Assembly: GCA_951406725.2 (NCBI GenBank)
Contig: OX597823.1
Coordinates: 64,728,001-64,792,000 of the forward strand
Source: Octopus vulgaris
Taxonomy: Eukaryota
Reading direction: 5' to 3'
DNA length: 64,000 nt
The notes beneath the pieces were generated by a model. That model saw only the letters and a list, made by a program, of their open reading frames with translations, had not been told where the DNA came from and searched no databases. This document shows, piece after piece, positions 26,809-39,779 of this stretch. Within the stretch, counting starts at the first letter, position 1; every line of letters begins with the position of its first letter. A program made the position numbers and the translations under genes.

Positions 26809-27787
26809 GTAAGTTTTTAAACTGACAGAAACGTCAGTGTCCTCCTTTTTGTTATTTCAATTTGTTTTAGTTTCACAGGTTAAATTGAACATGGAATGAA
26901 TTGGATGATAAAGGAGCCATCCACAAGGTTGCTCAGCCAGTTTTCTCCTCTTTTATCTTTTACTTGTTATCGTTATTAGACACGAAGACATACATGCATA
27001 CATCACATACACAGATTATGTGTACAACAAGCTACTTCCAGCTTCCATCTATCAAATCAGCTCTTAAAGCTGTGGTCATCCTGAGGCTATAGTATAAGAC
27101 GCTTGCTCAAGCTGTCAGAGATGGAATGAACCCGGAACCATGTGGCCATGCTGGAACACTACCTTGAAGAATTTTTAATCAAATGAATCAATCCCATTAG
27201 TTATTTTCTTAAGTTAAGCCTGGTACTTATTCTATTTATCTCTGTTGCTCAACAACTAATTTAACAGGGTGAAAATACATCAACGCCGGTTGTCAAGCTG
27301 TAGTGAGGGACATACACAGACATGAACACACAAACACATACATCACATACATAGATTATGTGTACAACAAGCTTCTTCCAATTTCCATCTATCAAATCAG
27401 CTCTTAAAGCTGTGGTTAGCCTGAGGCTATAGTAGAAGACGCTTGCTCAAGGTGTCGGAGAGGGAGTGAACCTGCAACCATGTGGTTAGGAAGCAAGCTT
27501 CTTACCACACAGCCATACCTGTTCCAATTTATCTAAAACTTTTTCATATCACATACTTCACTATTGTGGAAAAAAACAGGATGCATCAAATAATGCAATT
27601 CTAGGAAATTACGTAGGATTGTCACAGCTGGAATGGCTTTGATCCCTTCTGCATGACCAGGGCTAACATTTACCTAAAAAGCAATAATACCATGGGATGG
27701 GTTGCTACATATTACTCACCATCTGAAGCCCATGTTTGGAAGCAAAGTCTGCATTAAAAAGACTGCACGCACTGAAATTAAGCTCAG

Positions 27788-28092
27788 TGGAGGCACATGG
27801 CCTAGTGGTTAGAGCAGTGGACTTGCAGTCGAGGGATCACGAGTTCGAATCTCAGACCGGGCGATGTGTATGTTTATGAGCGAAACACCTAAGCTCCACA
27901 TGTCTCTGGCAGACGGTAATGGCAAACTTTTGCTGACTCTTTCGCCACAACTTTCTCTCACTCTTTCCTCCTGCATCTAGCAGCTCACCTACGACGGACC
28001 GACGTCCCATCCAGGTGGGGAACCTATACGTCAAGGAAACCAGAAACTGGCCCTTATGAGCCAGGCATGGCTCGAGAAGGAACAAACAAAAT
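27788..28092 (+). mobile_element. tRNA-derived SINE family E with a 12-bp TSD
   Basis: A box tggcctagtgg, B box gttcgaatc and an (AAAC)-like tail. The TSD aattaagctcag occurs at 27776-27787 and 28093-28104. A 3' partial copy lies at about 29455-29607. Confidence 0.9.
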
Positions 28093-28829
28093 AATTAAGC
28101 TCAGGACTAGAGTGATTTCTATTTGTCATTTGAGGTTCAATACTAGAAATTGCAAGTTAATGGTACAATTGTAAATCATACAGTACATTCTAAGAACACA
28201 TTTGCTACACAGTAGTGCTCCAGCATGACCACAGCCAAATGGCCAAATAAAAGAATGCAGAACATATACAGGCATATAAATGCATACATATGTTCAGTAT
28301 GTTGGAAATATGTTTTTAGCTCTGCTGAGTGACATACCTGACCACCAGTACCACTTCTTTTCACCATACTGACCATAACTTACCCCTGCCGCTCAAGAAT
28401 TTGGACCTGGAAATCTCCATTTCCAGCAACTTTGAGGGCCACCTCCCAGTGGTGTCGTGTGTCAACGAAGAGCCCTCGACTACAACAAGGCAACCAAAGA
28501 TTTTTTAATGGTCTGGGGTCTTCCGCCCCTAAGCCCTAGATCATCACCTAATCACCCTTACCCATCTTGTTGCTTAACAACAACAACAATACCTTACCCC
28601 TTCCCTTCCACCCTCCAATTCACCTCTTCTACTTCTATATCCCCCCATCAATTACTAGCCTCCCCTCCCTCTCTCTGCCATGTATTTCTTCTTGCTCTAA
28701 CTCTCTACTCCTCCTCTCTAAGTCACTTACATCCTCTCTCTCTCCCTGTCTTTTACTCCTTTTCTTTCTCTTCTCCCCTTCAACCATTAAATCTCTTACA
28801 CTACTATGTGAACTGCTTTTACCAATTCT

Positions 28830-28980
28830 TTTTCCTGACGAAGGAGGACAGTGATATGGTAATATCTCAATGCAACCATTTACTGGTTGCATATCCATGA
28901 CTTTTTGCACATTCCATCTGGTATTTATGAACATTACAATTCTTACACAATCCTGACCTTCCAGAAACAGCTGTAAAGTT
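28830..28980 (+). ncRNA. Hammerhead-ribozyme-like motif with long stem II, in a Penelope-like 3' terminus
   Basis: CTGACGA (28835), then aGGAGG...CCTTCCa, GAAA (28964), CAGCTG and TA. Stem III is the palindrome ACAGCTGT. Stem I is degraded. Confidence 0.65.
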
Positions 28981-29335
28981 ATAAAATTATGTATTCTCCC
29001 CTTAAAATTCTGTTTTCTTAATGCTTTATGTAAAAATATTTGTCTATATATAAATATCTGTATGCCTGTACATGTGTGCATTTCCTCACCACATGGTTCC
29101 ATGGTTTCTTCAGTGTCTTCTGCCATTGCCTTGGGACAACCAGTCTTGTGAGTGGATTTGGTAGACAGAAACTGAAAGAAGCCCATTGTGGATATATATA
29201 TATATAACGGGAAGCTTTATGAAAATAGACAAAAGACGAAGGCAGGTTTACGGAAATAAACAAAAGACGAAGGCAGGTGGAATACAAACAAACAATTGTA
29301 TTAGTATGGCGCTCAGGAAATATAAATAAAATAAG

Positions 29336-29373
29336 TCTTTAACGTTTCGAGCCTACGCTCTTCAACAGAAAGA
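29336..29373 (-). ncRNA. Minimal hammerhead-like motif with variant core, in a (TA)n-anchored repeat (29205-29450)
   Basis: Minus strand reads TCTTT CTGTTGA A GAGC gtag GCTC GAAA CG TT AAAGA. Stem I TCTTT/AAAGA and stem II GAGC/GCTC pair, AACGTT is palindromic, and A6 is replaced by U. Confidence 0.65.
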
Positions 29374-29609
29374 TACACAGAGAAAAAACACAGAAAGAAG
29401 GAGAGAAAAAAATTTGCATGCAGAAGCTAGCGAATCAACATGGCGATCTGCTGAATCTTTCGCCACAACTTTCTCTCACTCTTTCCTCCTGCATCTTGCA
29501 GCTCACCTGTGACGGATTGGCGTCCCGTCCAGGTGGGGAACCTATACACCAAGGAAACTGGGAAACTGGCCCTATGAGCCAGGCATGGCTCGAGAAGGAA
29601 CAAACAATA

Positions 29610-29640
<31 letters not shown>

Positions 29641-29653
29641 TTATGTATATATG

Positions 29654-29717
<64 letters not shown>

Positions 29718-30025
29718 TATAATATGAGTGTGTGTGTGAGACAGAGGGATAGAAAGAAAGAGAAAGAGAGAGAGAGAAAGTGAACATTAGTGTGTGTGCA
29801 TGTCTCCTTGTTTTGTCATCACATGATAGTTATAAAATGATTGTCACTGTCATACTAGCAGTGTCATTCATTTTCAGTATTCTGTAAGAACGTGTCTGGC
29901 CATGGGAAAGTATTAGCATACTTGGAAACACATAAGGATTGGTAACAGGAAGGGCACATGACCAGAAACATTTTACCTCAGTAAATGCTCTCTAACTCAT
30001 GCAAGTGTAGAAATTGGATGTTAAA

Positions 30026-30071
<46 letters not shown>

Positions 30072-30109
30072 CAGTGATGATGATGACGACTCATATATTA
30101 TCATAGTCA

Positions 30110-31027
30110 GCTTTATCATCATGATTTTGACACCAAGCTTTCCAAGCTTTCATTGGAAATTCATAGGAAATTCCTCAAGTATAATTTTTTTCAATGGCCA
30201 CATGATTTTCCTGTTACCAACCTTCACCTGGTTCCAAACAAGATGATGAAGGGCTGTCCCAAGGCCTTCATTTAGAAATGGTTCAGTGACTAAGAAATGT
30301 TTGTTCAGAAGATTTCACACAAACGACAGTTTGTGTATCACCAGTAATTTTGTTTAAAATTAAAATCACACACACACAAACACAAACACTCATAAAAGTT
30401 GCTACTGTCACAAAAAAAAAACTGGTACCAAATACTAAAAGTAAAATGCAAATATCTTATCACTCTTTTGCTAAAATCACAATGAATTAATACAAAGATA
30501 ATGCTATTGGATTTACTACCTATTTGTTACGAGGTGAATGAAGAATGTGAGATTTTAGGAACAAAATAATGGAAATAATAATGCACAAACACATACAGAG
30601 GTATAAGCCATTGTCGAGGAAGTGAAAAGCCGAGCTTGTAAAATTTATACGACTTAAATTTCCTATAAATGTTGTTCAGAGTTTTTTCTGAATGGCATTT
30701 CAGTAATGGGGTTTTAGCAAAAATAGGTGACAGCCTTATATTGTGAAAGGATAACAGAGGTTATCATTCCCCTTATATGCTTTAGCACTAGATTATAGAC
30801 TCCATTTAAGATTATTTGGTATTGAATAATACTTCGACAAGCAAATGTGTGAAGCCAAGGAAGTTTGCTTCTGTAATGGTTCCTAAAGGAATGCGTGTGT
30901 GAATAAAACCTTGCTGTAAAAGTATATACGAAGTTAAGTATGTCTTGTGAACATATGCATGTTTTTGTATATGCTTGTATTTATCTGTCTTTATTCATAC
31001 ACACACACAAACACACACACATACACA

Positions 31028-31075
<48 letters not shown>

Positions 31076-31652
31076 AGCAAACAAACACACATATATGTAT
31101 ATAAGTGTAGGCATGAATGTGAGGATGAGAAATTTACTCCCCAACTGCATTGTTCTGAGTTCTGTCCCACTGCATGGCACCTTGGGCAAGTGCCTTCTAC
31201 TATAGCCCCAGGCCAACCAAAGCCTGAAAGAAGCCTGTAATGTGTATGTGTGTTTGCATGTGTATATCCATGTCTCATGATATTGTATTTTGGTTGCAAA
31301 ATTCTGTGAGGTGGCTGGATGGTCATCCTGCTACAGAAAATCTGTCTCAATAAACTCTGATGTATGCAAGCATGAACCATTCATATCGTCATCATTTTGA
31401 CACCCACTTTTCTAAGCTAACATGGATCATAGGAAATTCATCAAAACAGATTTTTCAATGGCCACATGCTTTTCCTGTTACCAATCCTCACCTGATTCCA
31501 AACAAGATGATATTCTCCCACGCTCTTCATGTAGAAATGGTTCAATGACAGAACAATGTTTGTACAGATGTCTGCAAACAAACAACAGTATTTGTATAAC
31601 CAGTAATTTTGTTTAAAAATCAGTGCTTAATGTCAAGGCACAAACACGCATG

Positions 31653-31701
<49 letters not shown>

Positions 31702-32090
31702 ATGTACAAACACATCAGCTGAATCAGGCACACAGAGATATAAACCATTGTTAAGGAAGTGAGAAGATGAGCTTGTAAAATCTATATGACTTACATTTCC
31801 TATAAATGTTGTTTGGAATCTTTTCTGAATGGGTTTTAGGAAAAACATGTGATAGCCCTGCATTGTGTGAGGATTACAAGGGTTATTATTCCCCTTATAT
31901 ACTTTAATATTAGATTATGTATTCCATTTAAGATTATGTGATATTGAATAATACTTTAACAAGCAAATGTGTGAAGCCAAAGCAGTTTGCTTCTGTAATT
32001 GTTCCTAAAGGAATGTGTGTGTGAGTAAAATCTTGATGTGAAAGCATGTATGAAATTAGGTATGTATTGTGGTACGGATGTTTTTGTATA
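30110..32090 (+). repeat. Old local tandem duplication (copy 1 about 30110-30960, copy 2 about 31385-32090)
   Basis: Colinear blocks such as tttttcaatggccacatg...ccaaacaagatgat and acaagcaaatgtgtgaagccaa...gttcctaaaggaatg occur in both copies. Confidence 0.85.
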
Positions 32091-32164
32091 TGTTCATATC
32101 TATCTGTCTGACTGTCTATTTGCCTGTCTGTCCACACACATTTTCTCTGTTTCTCTCTCACAAA

Positions 32165-32196
<32 letters not shown>

Positions 32197-32484
32197 TGCA
32201 CACACACAGAGGCATTGTATATAAGTATAAGTATAGTTACCTTAAAAAGTTTGCCTCCTGACCAAATGCTTCGGAGTGCAGTTCTACTGCATAGGCCCTT
32301 GGGTAAGTGTCTACAATTATCCTCTGCTCACCAGATCCTAATGATGGTTATGGTAGACAAAAACTGAAAGAAGCCTCTTGCATTTGTATGTATAAGATTT
32401 TGTCTGATTCAAGCAAGCATGGAAAAGCAGAAATATAATGATAAGGATAATCTACTTAAATATACATTCATACATACAAACACA

Positions 32485-32537
<53 letters not shown>

Positions 32538-32565
32538 CTATATTGACTTTCTTATCAATAATGCT

Positions 32566-32632
<67 letters not shown>

Positions 32633-32674
32633 GCATTTACCCAAATAAATTGCACTTCATATTTGAGGTTCCGA

Positions 32675-33322
32675 TGAAGCTATATGTCCAGTCAGCATTA
32701 CTAGCCGCATCGCCAAACTGATGGAGTCCTGTGTCAGAGAAACACTTTGGAACTTTTGGACTTTTCACAGCCTTAGTCAACCCTCACAATTTGGATTTAT
32801 CCCCAACTCCAGCTGCTGTGGCCAACACGAGTTTCTTGAGGACATCACCCGAGTTAATGATGTTGACTCATGGATGGAGGTTATCTACCTTGACTTGGCT
32901 AACACCTTCGATTTTGTGCCACACAAACGGCTCATGGAAAAACTCTTTGCAAAGAGTGTGAAAGATGAACTCTATAATTGGCTGAAGTCCTTCATTCTTG
33001 GTTGGAAAGAGGTAGTTACGGTTCCAGGACATCATTCTTCACCCTACGAGATGACTTCTGGTGTACCAAAGCGATCCGTTCTTGGACCCCTACTGTTTGC
33101 TGCATATATTAATGACATAGATGCCAACTTGAAGAATGTTACGGTGTGGAAATATGCAGATGATATTAAGCTGTACCTCAAAATAAAAAGAACTGATCCT
33201 AAAAGCTATAGAGCTTTCTTGCAATCAGACCTGAACACAATGCACCAATGGATTTCTGACTGGCAACTAAAGCTAGCTGTGGACAAGTGCATCACCATGC
33301 ATTTTGGGAGGAAAAATTTTGA
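32675..33322 (+). mobile_element. CR1/L2-group LINE reverse transcriptase fragment
   Basis: ORF 32721-33431 contains QFGF, VIYLDL..TFD.VPH.RL, SGVPKRSVLGPLLF..YIND and YADD, preceded by a PVSITS..AKLME motif. Confidence 0.92.
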
Positions 33323-33808
33323 ATTTGTTAATACTGTTAGTTCGAGTGGATGTCCAGTGGTGATAAGAAGCCAAAAGGGTATGCTCCCACTTTCAGTGTT
33401 CCCAAATCCGAATCAAGGAGTTCTGAGCTGACGAAAGAAATGTCGATTTGACTAATCTAGAAACGTACGTTCTCAAATAACCTTTGCACTTGTGAGTTTT
33501 TTAATGTTTTTACCCCCCATACTTTCGTGAGTTGGCTTGGGCAAACACTATCTTGACAGAGATTTTTCTAATTAAGTCAGATATAATGATTTAATTTGAC
33601 AAAATATTTTTGTCGTTTTGAGACCATGGCAAATAGTGAACATGTCACATCTCAAAGCGAAAAATTTGGCAAATTTTTTTGAAGTGCTGCTGTTTTCTAA
33701 TGAGCTTATAAACACCTTCCTTGATGCAACTGTAATTTCTTTTTACACGATCCCAGATCAGGCCACTTGCTATGCAAGTACATCTCCGAAATACATACAT
33801 ACATATGC

Positions 33809-33852
<44 letters not shown>

Positions 33853-33863
33853 GTATATACATG

Positions 33864-33924
<61 letters not shown>

Positions 33925-34547
33925 GAAGTACCTTTTGTCTTTTGGAATTCCTGAATATCTATTCTTTTAGCTTTCATCCACTGACAAGGCTTTGGTTGGC
34001 TTGGCACTATTAGTAGAAGATGCTTGCCCAAGGTGCCACACAGTGAGACTGAATTTGGAAAAATGTGTTTGGGAAGCAAACTAATTACCACACAGCCATG
34101 CTAGCCTTCTGTTTCATTTACAATCAATTAAAGTAACAATTTCTTTAATTCATGAATTCACCTGTTCCAAGTTTCTAAAATAGATGAAAATTGTACAAAT
34201 TCTACTTGTAACAAATTAAACGACTTATTTGTTCTTGTATGCTGTAGAGAGCAAGAAGTAAATTATAATTATTACTTTCAGTCTGTTGGCTTAAATTGGA
34301 TGTGCATTTTAATATTTTAATGAAAAGAGTACCTGAAACGAGATAATTAAGGTAAAAAAAAACAATAATGAAATCACTAACCAGAATGAAATTTCCCAAA
34401 GCACTAACATTCAAAAAAGTGTTGTTATTCTGACCCTGAAGTTTGTATTGATTTTAATGAAGGTGCAGCTTATGAATTTAAATCATAATAGACACTTTCT
34501 AACAGGAGACCCTTTCTGCGTCAGAAAATTTAATTCATGCTATAATA

Positions 34548-35113
34548 TTTGGTTGTCCAGAAAGTTCATACCGATTTATAGTAGCTTACATTTCGACTTA
34601 TTTTAGAACATGGTTGAGTCCATAAAATAGCATTTGACTACACCTCCATTTAGTGCACAGTTTAAGCTATCATTTCATGGAAGTAGGTTTATGTTCCTAT
34701 AACCTGTGTTAATTCTGTAACCCTTTAAAATGGAAGATAAGAAAGTTCATTTTCGGTACTTGATGCTTTGGGAACTAGACAAAAATTGCTGCAGCTCGGC
34801 TGGGATGTGTTACCCCACCCTCCATATTCACCAGATATTGCTCCTTCAGATTTCCACTCATTCAGGTTTCTGCAGAATAGTTTTAATGGTAAAAATTTCA
34901 ATTCCTTGAATGACATAAAAAGATACCTTGATGAATTCTTTGCCGTGAAACCACCTCAATTCTGGGAAGAAGGTATTTTCAAGTTAAAGGATAGATGGAG
35001 ACACATTCTGCAACAAAATGGTTCATATTTGGTTGATTAAAAATGTAATGGCAAGTATTTATTGACCTTTTTCTTGCCCTTAAAAATCTGCACGAACTTT
35101 CTGGACAACCCAA
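34548..35113 (+). mobile_element. Internally deleted mariner element
   Basis: TIRs ggttgtccagaaagttc and gaactttctggacaacc with TA flanks. N-terminal MEDKKVHFRYLMLW is fused directly to C-terminal LGWDVLPHPPYSPDIAPSDFH. Confidence 0.92.
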
Positions 35114-35819
35114 TATTTAAGGGTTATTATGTTGAAGACATAGAACAAATGAAAATAATTTTGAGGGAAAGAGTAACTTTACAATTCTCACTATTACATG
35201 CTTGATGGGTCACACACCATAACTATGTTGAAGTGAATATATTTCTATGGTTGGATGCTCCTCCTGCCGTTAACACTCATTGTTTCCAAACAAGGTGGTA
35301 TTTACTGCAGTCCTATGAGCAACAAAGAGCTTTGGTATGTTTTTCTTTTGCAGGGGTTAGTAGATAAACATCACTCTTTATATGCATAGTAACCATTTGT
35401 TTGCAATCAGTGCATACATGACAAGGCAGGAGGAATACATATCCAAACACACAAACGGACACAAATGTAGTCACATGCACAAACACACGCACACATGTCC
35501 TTATATAATATATAAATTTATGTGTGTATATATGCATTAATCATCATCATCATCACCACCCCCATCACAAGTGTGTACATTCTCAGTCGAAAGACATCTA
35601 TTGTTATATTCTTGTTGTTTGTATTTGTAACTGTGTACTATGAAAGAAGGCCATGAATGAACCATCCATTTTCGCCCTGTCCTTCTAATTGTTGATTCTC
35701 CTGTCCGCCTTTGTATCGTCTATCTGTCTGAATGTTTTATTGTCCTCTACAGCATTTTTGTTCCATTTTTCATATTTATATATGCATATAGAGGCGTACA
35801 AACACACTTGTGGTCACCT

Positions 35820-35850
<31 letters not shown>

Positions 35851-35854
<4 letters not shown>

Positions 35855-36083
35855 GTAAATTAATATCTTACCATTATTCAATAGCCAAGATAAAACTCTG
35901 AGTTTCGGATGCCGAAGTGGAAATCCACAACACCATCTCTTCAGTTATCTGGCCATCGGCATCCGAAACTCAGAGTTTTATCTTGGCTATTGAATAATGG
36001 TAACATATTAATTTACAGATAAATTTCCTCTATTTACATAATATTGAGGTCTCTTTCTTTCTTTTGTTATCTTACCGTTTTTA

Positions 36084-36087
<4 letters not shown>
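35851..36087. mobile_element. (TA)n-embedded fold-back element (Penelope-type terminus, retrozyme-like)
   Basis: Arms of about 64 bp (35851-35914 and 35956-36020) plus an asymmetric tail. A second copy lies at 50075-50340. Confidence 0.8.
35884..35953 (-). ncRNA. Type I hammerhead ribozyme with apparently intact core
   Basis: Minus strand reads GCCA GATAA CTGAAGA GATG...CATC C GAAA C TCAGA GT T TTATC T TGGC. Stem I pairs GCCA-GATAA with TTATC-TGGC, stem II pairs GATG with CATC, stem III is short and quasi-palindromic, and the cleavage triplet is GUU. Confidence 0.8.
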
Positions 36088-36164
<77 letters not shown>

Positions 36165-36679
36165 CTGGCTTTCCCTTACAAGCCCTTGATAGGATTGTAG
36201 TCAATTTTCTGTATGTAACTTTAAACCTAAATAATAGTCCAATTTGGTTTTTATTATCAGTAACTTTGCTCCTTCGTAGATTAGAAGATCTTGTTTGTCA
36301 CTATATCTTATAATAGGATGGTTTTATTGATGAGTCTGTCCCCACTGATACCAATTGCTTGTGTAGTACCAACACTGGGGAAGTTACCATGTTCTTGGCA
36401 ACACTAAAGAATCCTCTTGAACTCTCTATCCAATGCTGTCTTTGATTGTTGGTCAGCTGTGTGTATTTTATCATGGCATCAGCCCTAGAGTGGCTGTTTT
36501 ATCCTCTGAAAAATTACAGGATCTGAACTACCCTGCTTTGTCTTCATTAGATTAGCCTTACAAACCCTTTTAGTGATTTTGCTTATTGGACTGAGGCCCA
36601 GTAGGAATACCACTGTCAAGTGATGTAGTTAATCATATCAACCTCAGAACTTATTTCAGTTATATCTATTACTATTCAT

Positions 36680-37125
36680 CATCACCATCATCATCATTAA
36701 GTGTCCATTTTCCATGCTGGCAGGTATTGGAGGGCTTGACCGGAACTGGTGAGCTGGAGCTGCACCAGACTCTAGTCAGTTTTGGTTTGGTTGCTATGGC
36801 TGGATGCCCTTCCTAACTCCAACAACTCCACAGAGTCTACCAGGTGCTTTTTACATGTCACTGGCATAGGCACCTTTTTGTATGTCACTGGCACAGGTAC
36901 CTTTTATGTGTCAGCAGTATTAGCAACAACTATTATTTCACTTAGCGTGATGTGTTTTCTCAAGCACAGCAAATTGCCTAAAATCTAAAAATCTGTGACG
37001 TGTCATCGCTTCCACGAGACTCAACATCCAAAGATCCTATTTCACTACCTCATTCCACATCATCCTGGGTCTACCTCTTCCACGGATTCCCTCCACAGTT
37101 GGAGATCAGCAGTTATTGTCCATAC
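36680..37125 (-). mobile_element. Family C / RTE LINE 3' end including RT C-terminal coding remnant
   Basis: Family C motif continues into sequence whose minus strand reads GRGRPR.MWNEVVK..L. Confidence 0.7.
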
Positions 37126-37173
37126 GCAATATCTATTAACATTACTTAATATAAAGTTGTATTTTTGATGTGA

Positions 37174-37205
<32 letters not shown>

Positions 37206-37468
37206 TTACACCACCTATATGCACACGTATACATACATATATATGTGTGTGTATGTTCGTGTATGTCTGTATGTACAGATATATAGACTGGTTCATCAGA
37301 CTTCTGTTGAGCTTCTATCTCCTAAATTGAATTAGCAAGTCATAGGCTAACTTGAGGTTAAAGTAACAGACACTCACCCAAGACGATGAGCAGTTTGATA
37401 AGACCTTTTACTTACATATATACATACATACATACATACATATACATGCATACATATATGTTTGTGTG

Positions 37469-37506
<38 letters not shown>

Positions 37507-37572
37507 TACATGCATACACATACACACATATATATACACATGTATACATGCGTGCACACACACACATATATA

Positions 37573-37616
<44 letters not shown>

Positions 37617-37937
37617 CATACAGACACAGAAACACACACATATATGTAAATACATATATCAAATATATAAATATGCATATATAATATATATACTTATGTA
37701 TATATACCTAGATATACATTTATTAATATTATATATATATATATATAATCATACATGTATATATACATACATATGTGTGTGTGTATATATATATATGCAT
37801 AAAAAGCAAACGTACTAATATATACACATGCACATATATAAAGATACGTATTTGTAATGATACAGATAAATATGGGTATGTGTATAAATGTATATGTATA
37901 TTTGTGTATATGCATATATATAAATATAAATATAAAT

Positions 37938-37973
<36 letters not shown>

Positions 37974-38362
37974 GTTTATATGTGTATGTATGTGTGCATG
38001 TATTCATACATAAATATATATATATATAAGATATATATAGGGAGAGGAAGAGTGTGTGAGAAAGAGGAAGGCAGACAGAATTTACATCTCGTGGGTCATT
38101 AAATCAGAATGAATACAGAGATAGATTTATATAATAAATAGATTTATGTAATTATTTTCTGATATTATTAGCTTCTGAGTGATGTAGCTGAATAGTTTGT
38201 AATTAATGTTTTGTGTCATTAACTAAGCTTATCTATCAATTGAACTAAGAGAAAAAATGGGTAAAAGTAATGAAAATTATCCCCAATTAAATATTTGCTT
38301 CACTATATCTTCTTGGCTGTTCTGTCGAATTCAGACTCAAATATCGACACACAAATACATAC

Positions 38363-38414
<52 letters not shown>

Positions 38415-38701
38415 CACACACAAATACACATTCTTACTTTGTACAGAGACCCCCTCACATTTATATGTGTATGCAAGCACAGACACGAGCGTAGATATAT
38501 ACATATACATGTTTGCATGCATATATCCTTTTGTACATAGAAGCACATATCAATGAATACATAGATACATATATAAATACCTACATAGATACATATATAA
38601 ACTCAGATATGCACATAGATACACACACAATTCAAACTCTACTAAATTCTTATTTAACCAATCAGATCTTCCACAGCATACTCTACATTATTATCATCAA
38701 T

Positions 38702-38769
38702 GTCCTCCTCCTCCTCCTCCACCACCTCCACCTCCTCCTCTTCCTCTACCTCTACCTACACCCACTTCC

Positions 38770-38801
<32 letters not shown>

Positions 38802-38827
38802 CTTCTCTTCCTCCTCCTCCTTCTCGT

Positions 38828-38858
<31 letters not shown>

Positions 38859-38929
38859 AGCAGTATTATCTTTATTATTATTTTCTAGAGAAGGAAAACT
38901 TTTATAAGAATATCAACAAGTGTTATTAC

Positions 38930-38963
<34 letters not shown>

Positions 38964-38965
38964 AT
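38702..38965. repeat. (CCT)n/(CAT)n/(CAG)n/(ATT)n trinucleotide run
   Basis: Directly visible. Confidence 0.9.
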
Positions 38966-39406
38966 GGACAGTCAAGTTTGGTGAATTAGCAGAAATGGTT
39001 AAATGCCAGACTGAGAATTCAATGTGAATTAATCGTATTCAAGCCACAGGCAAAGCACCTGTTACTCGTTCCTCACTTGCTTTTCCAATAATGGCTTCAG
39101 CGAGGAGTTGTATAAACTTGTAAGAAAGTGGAATGGTCTTTCTGGAAATGAAACCATCCATTGAATAACATTTGGTCACTTCATCTTATGTTGCATGTTG
39201 TCATTGTGTGGGTGTTACCTCCTCCCAGGTCAATTTTAAATGAGTAAACTAATTTATAGAACCATTCCATTTGTGATTCATCCTGACCACTTTGCTTATA
39301 TATGACAGCCATTCTTAAATGGTGAACCATGGTACTGTGGTATACCACAAGTGCCACAGGGTACCTTGTGGATTTTTTAAATATAATTTAAGGCTTTAGA
39401 AAATAA

Positions 39407-39779
39407 CTAGCAGTATTGCCTGGCGTTGCTCGGGTTTGATTCGACCCTTTAGAATTGGAATTTTTGAAAAGTAAAAATTTTGCATTATGTAGCTTGTTAT
39501 TCTCTTTAAGTGAACATTTTTCTAGTTGAAATACATCAAAAAATGGTGACACAGCAGTCAAAAAATCGTAAAAATTAGGGATTTTCATAGAAATAATTTT
39601 TAGTGTTAACATGGTCCGATTTGAATTTTTTCTTCTACGGAAGGAAGAGCAAGCCTTCTTCTATCATACTTTCAATTTTGGTCAACTTACACTGCCACAG
39701 GGTCTCAGAGGAGATAGTGTTAGTTGAAGCCTACCAAACTTGCCATACACAAACAACTTCTGCTTTATATATAGAGAGA
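39407..39779 (-). mobile_element. Complete non-autonomous Helitron
   Basis: On the minus strand it starts TC(TCTATAT) and ends with a GC-rich hairpin plus CTAG, inserted between A and T. Confidence 0.85.

Noticed and set aside
27788-27860. tRNA-like sequence with A and B boxes
   Set aside because: It is the head of a TSD-flanked SINE and lacks a proper acceptor stem.
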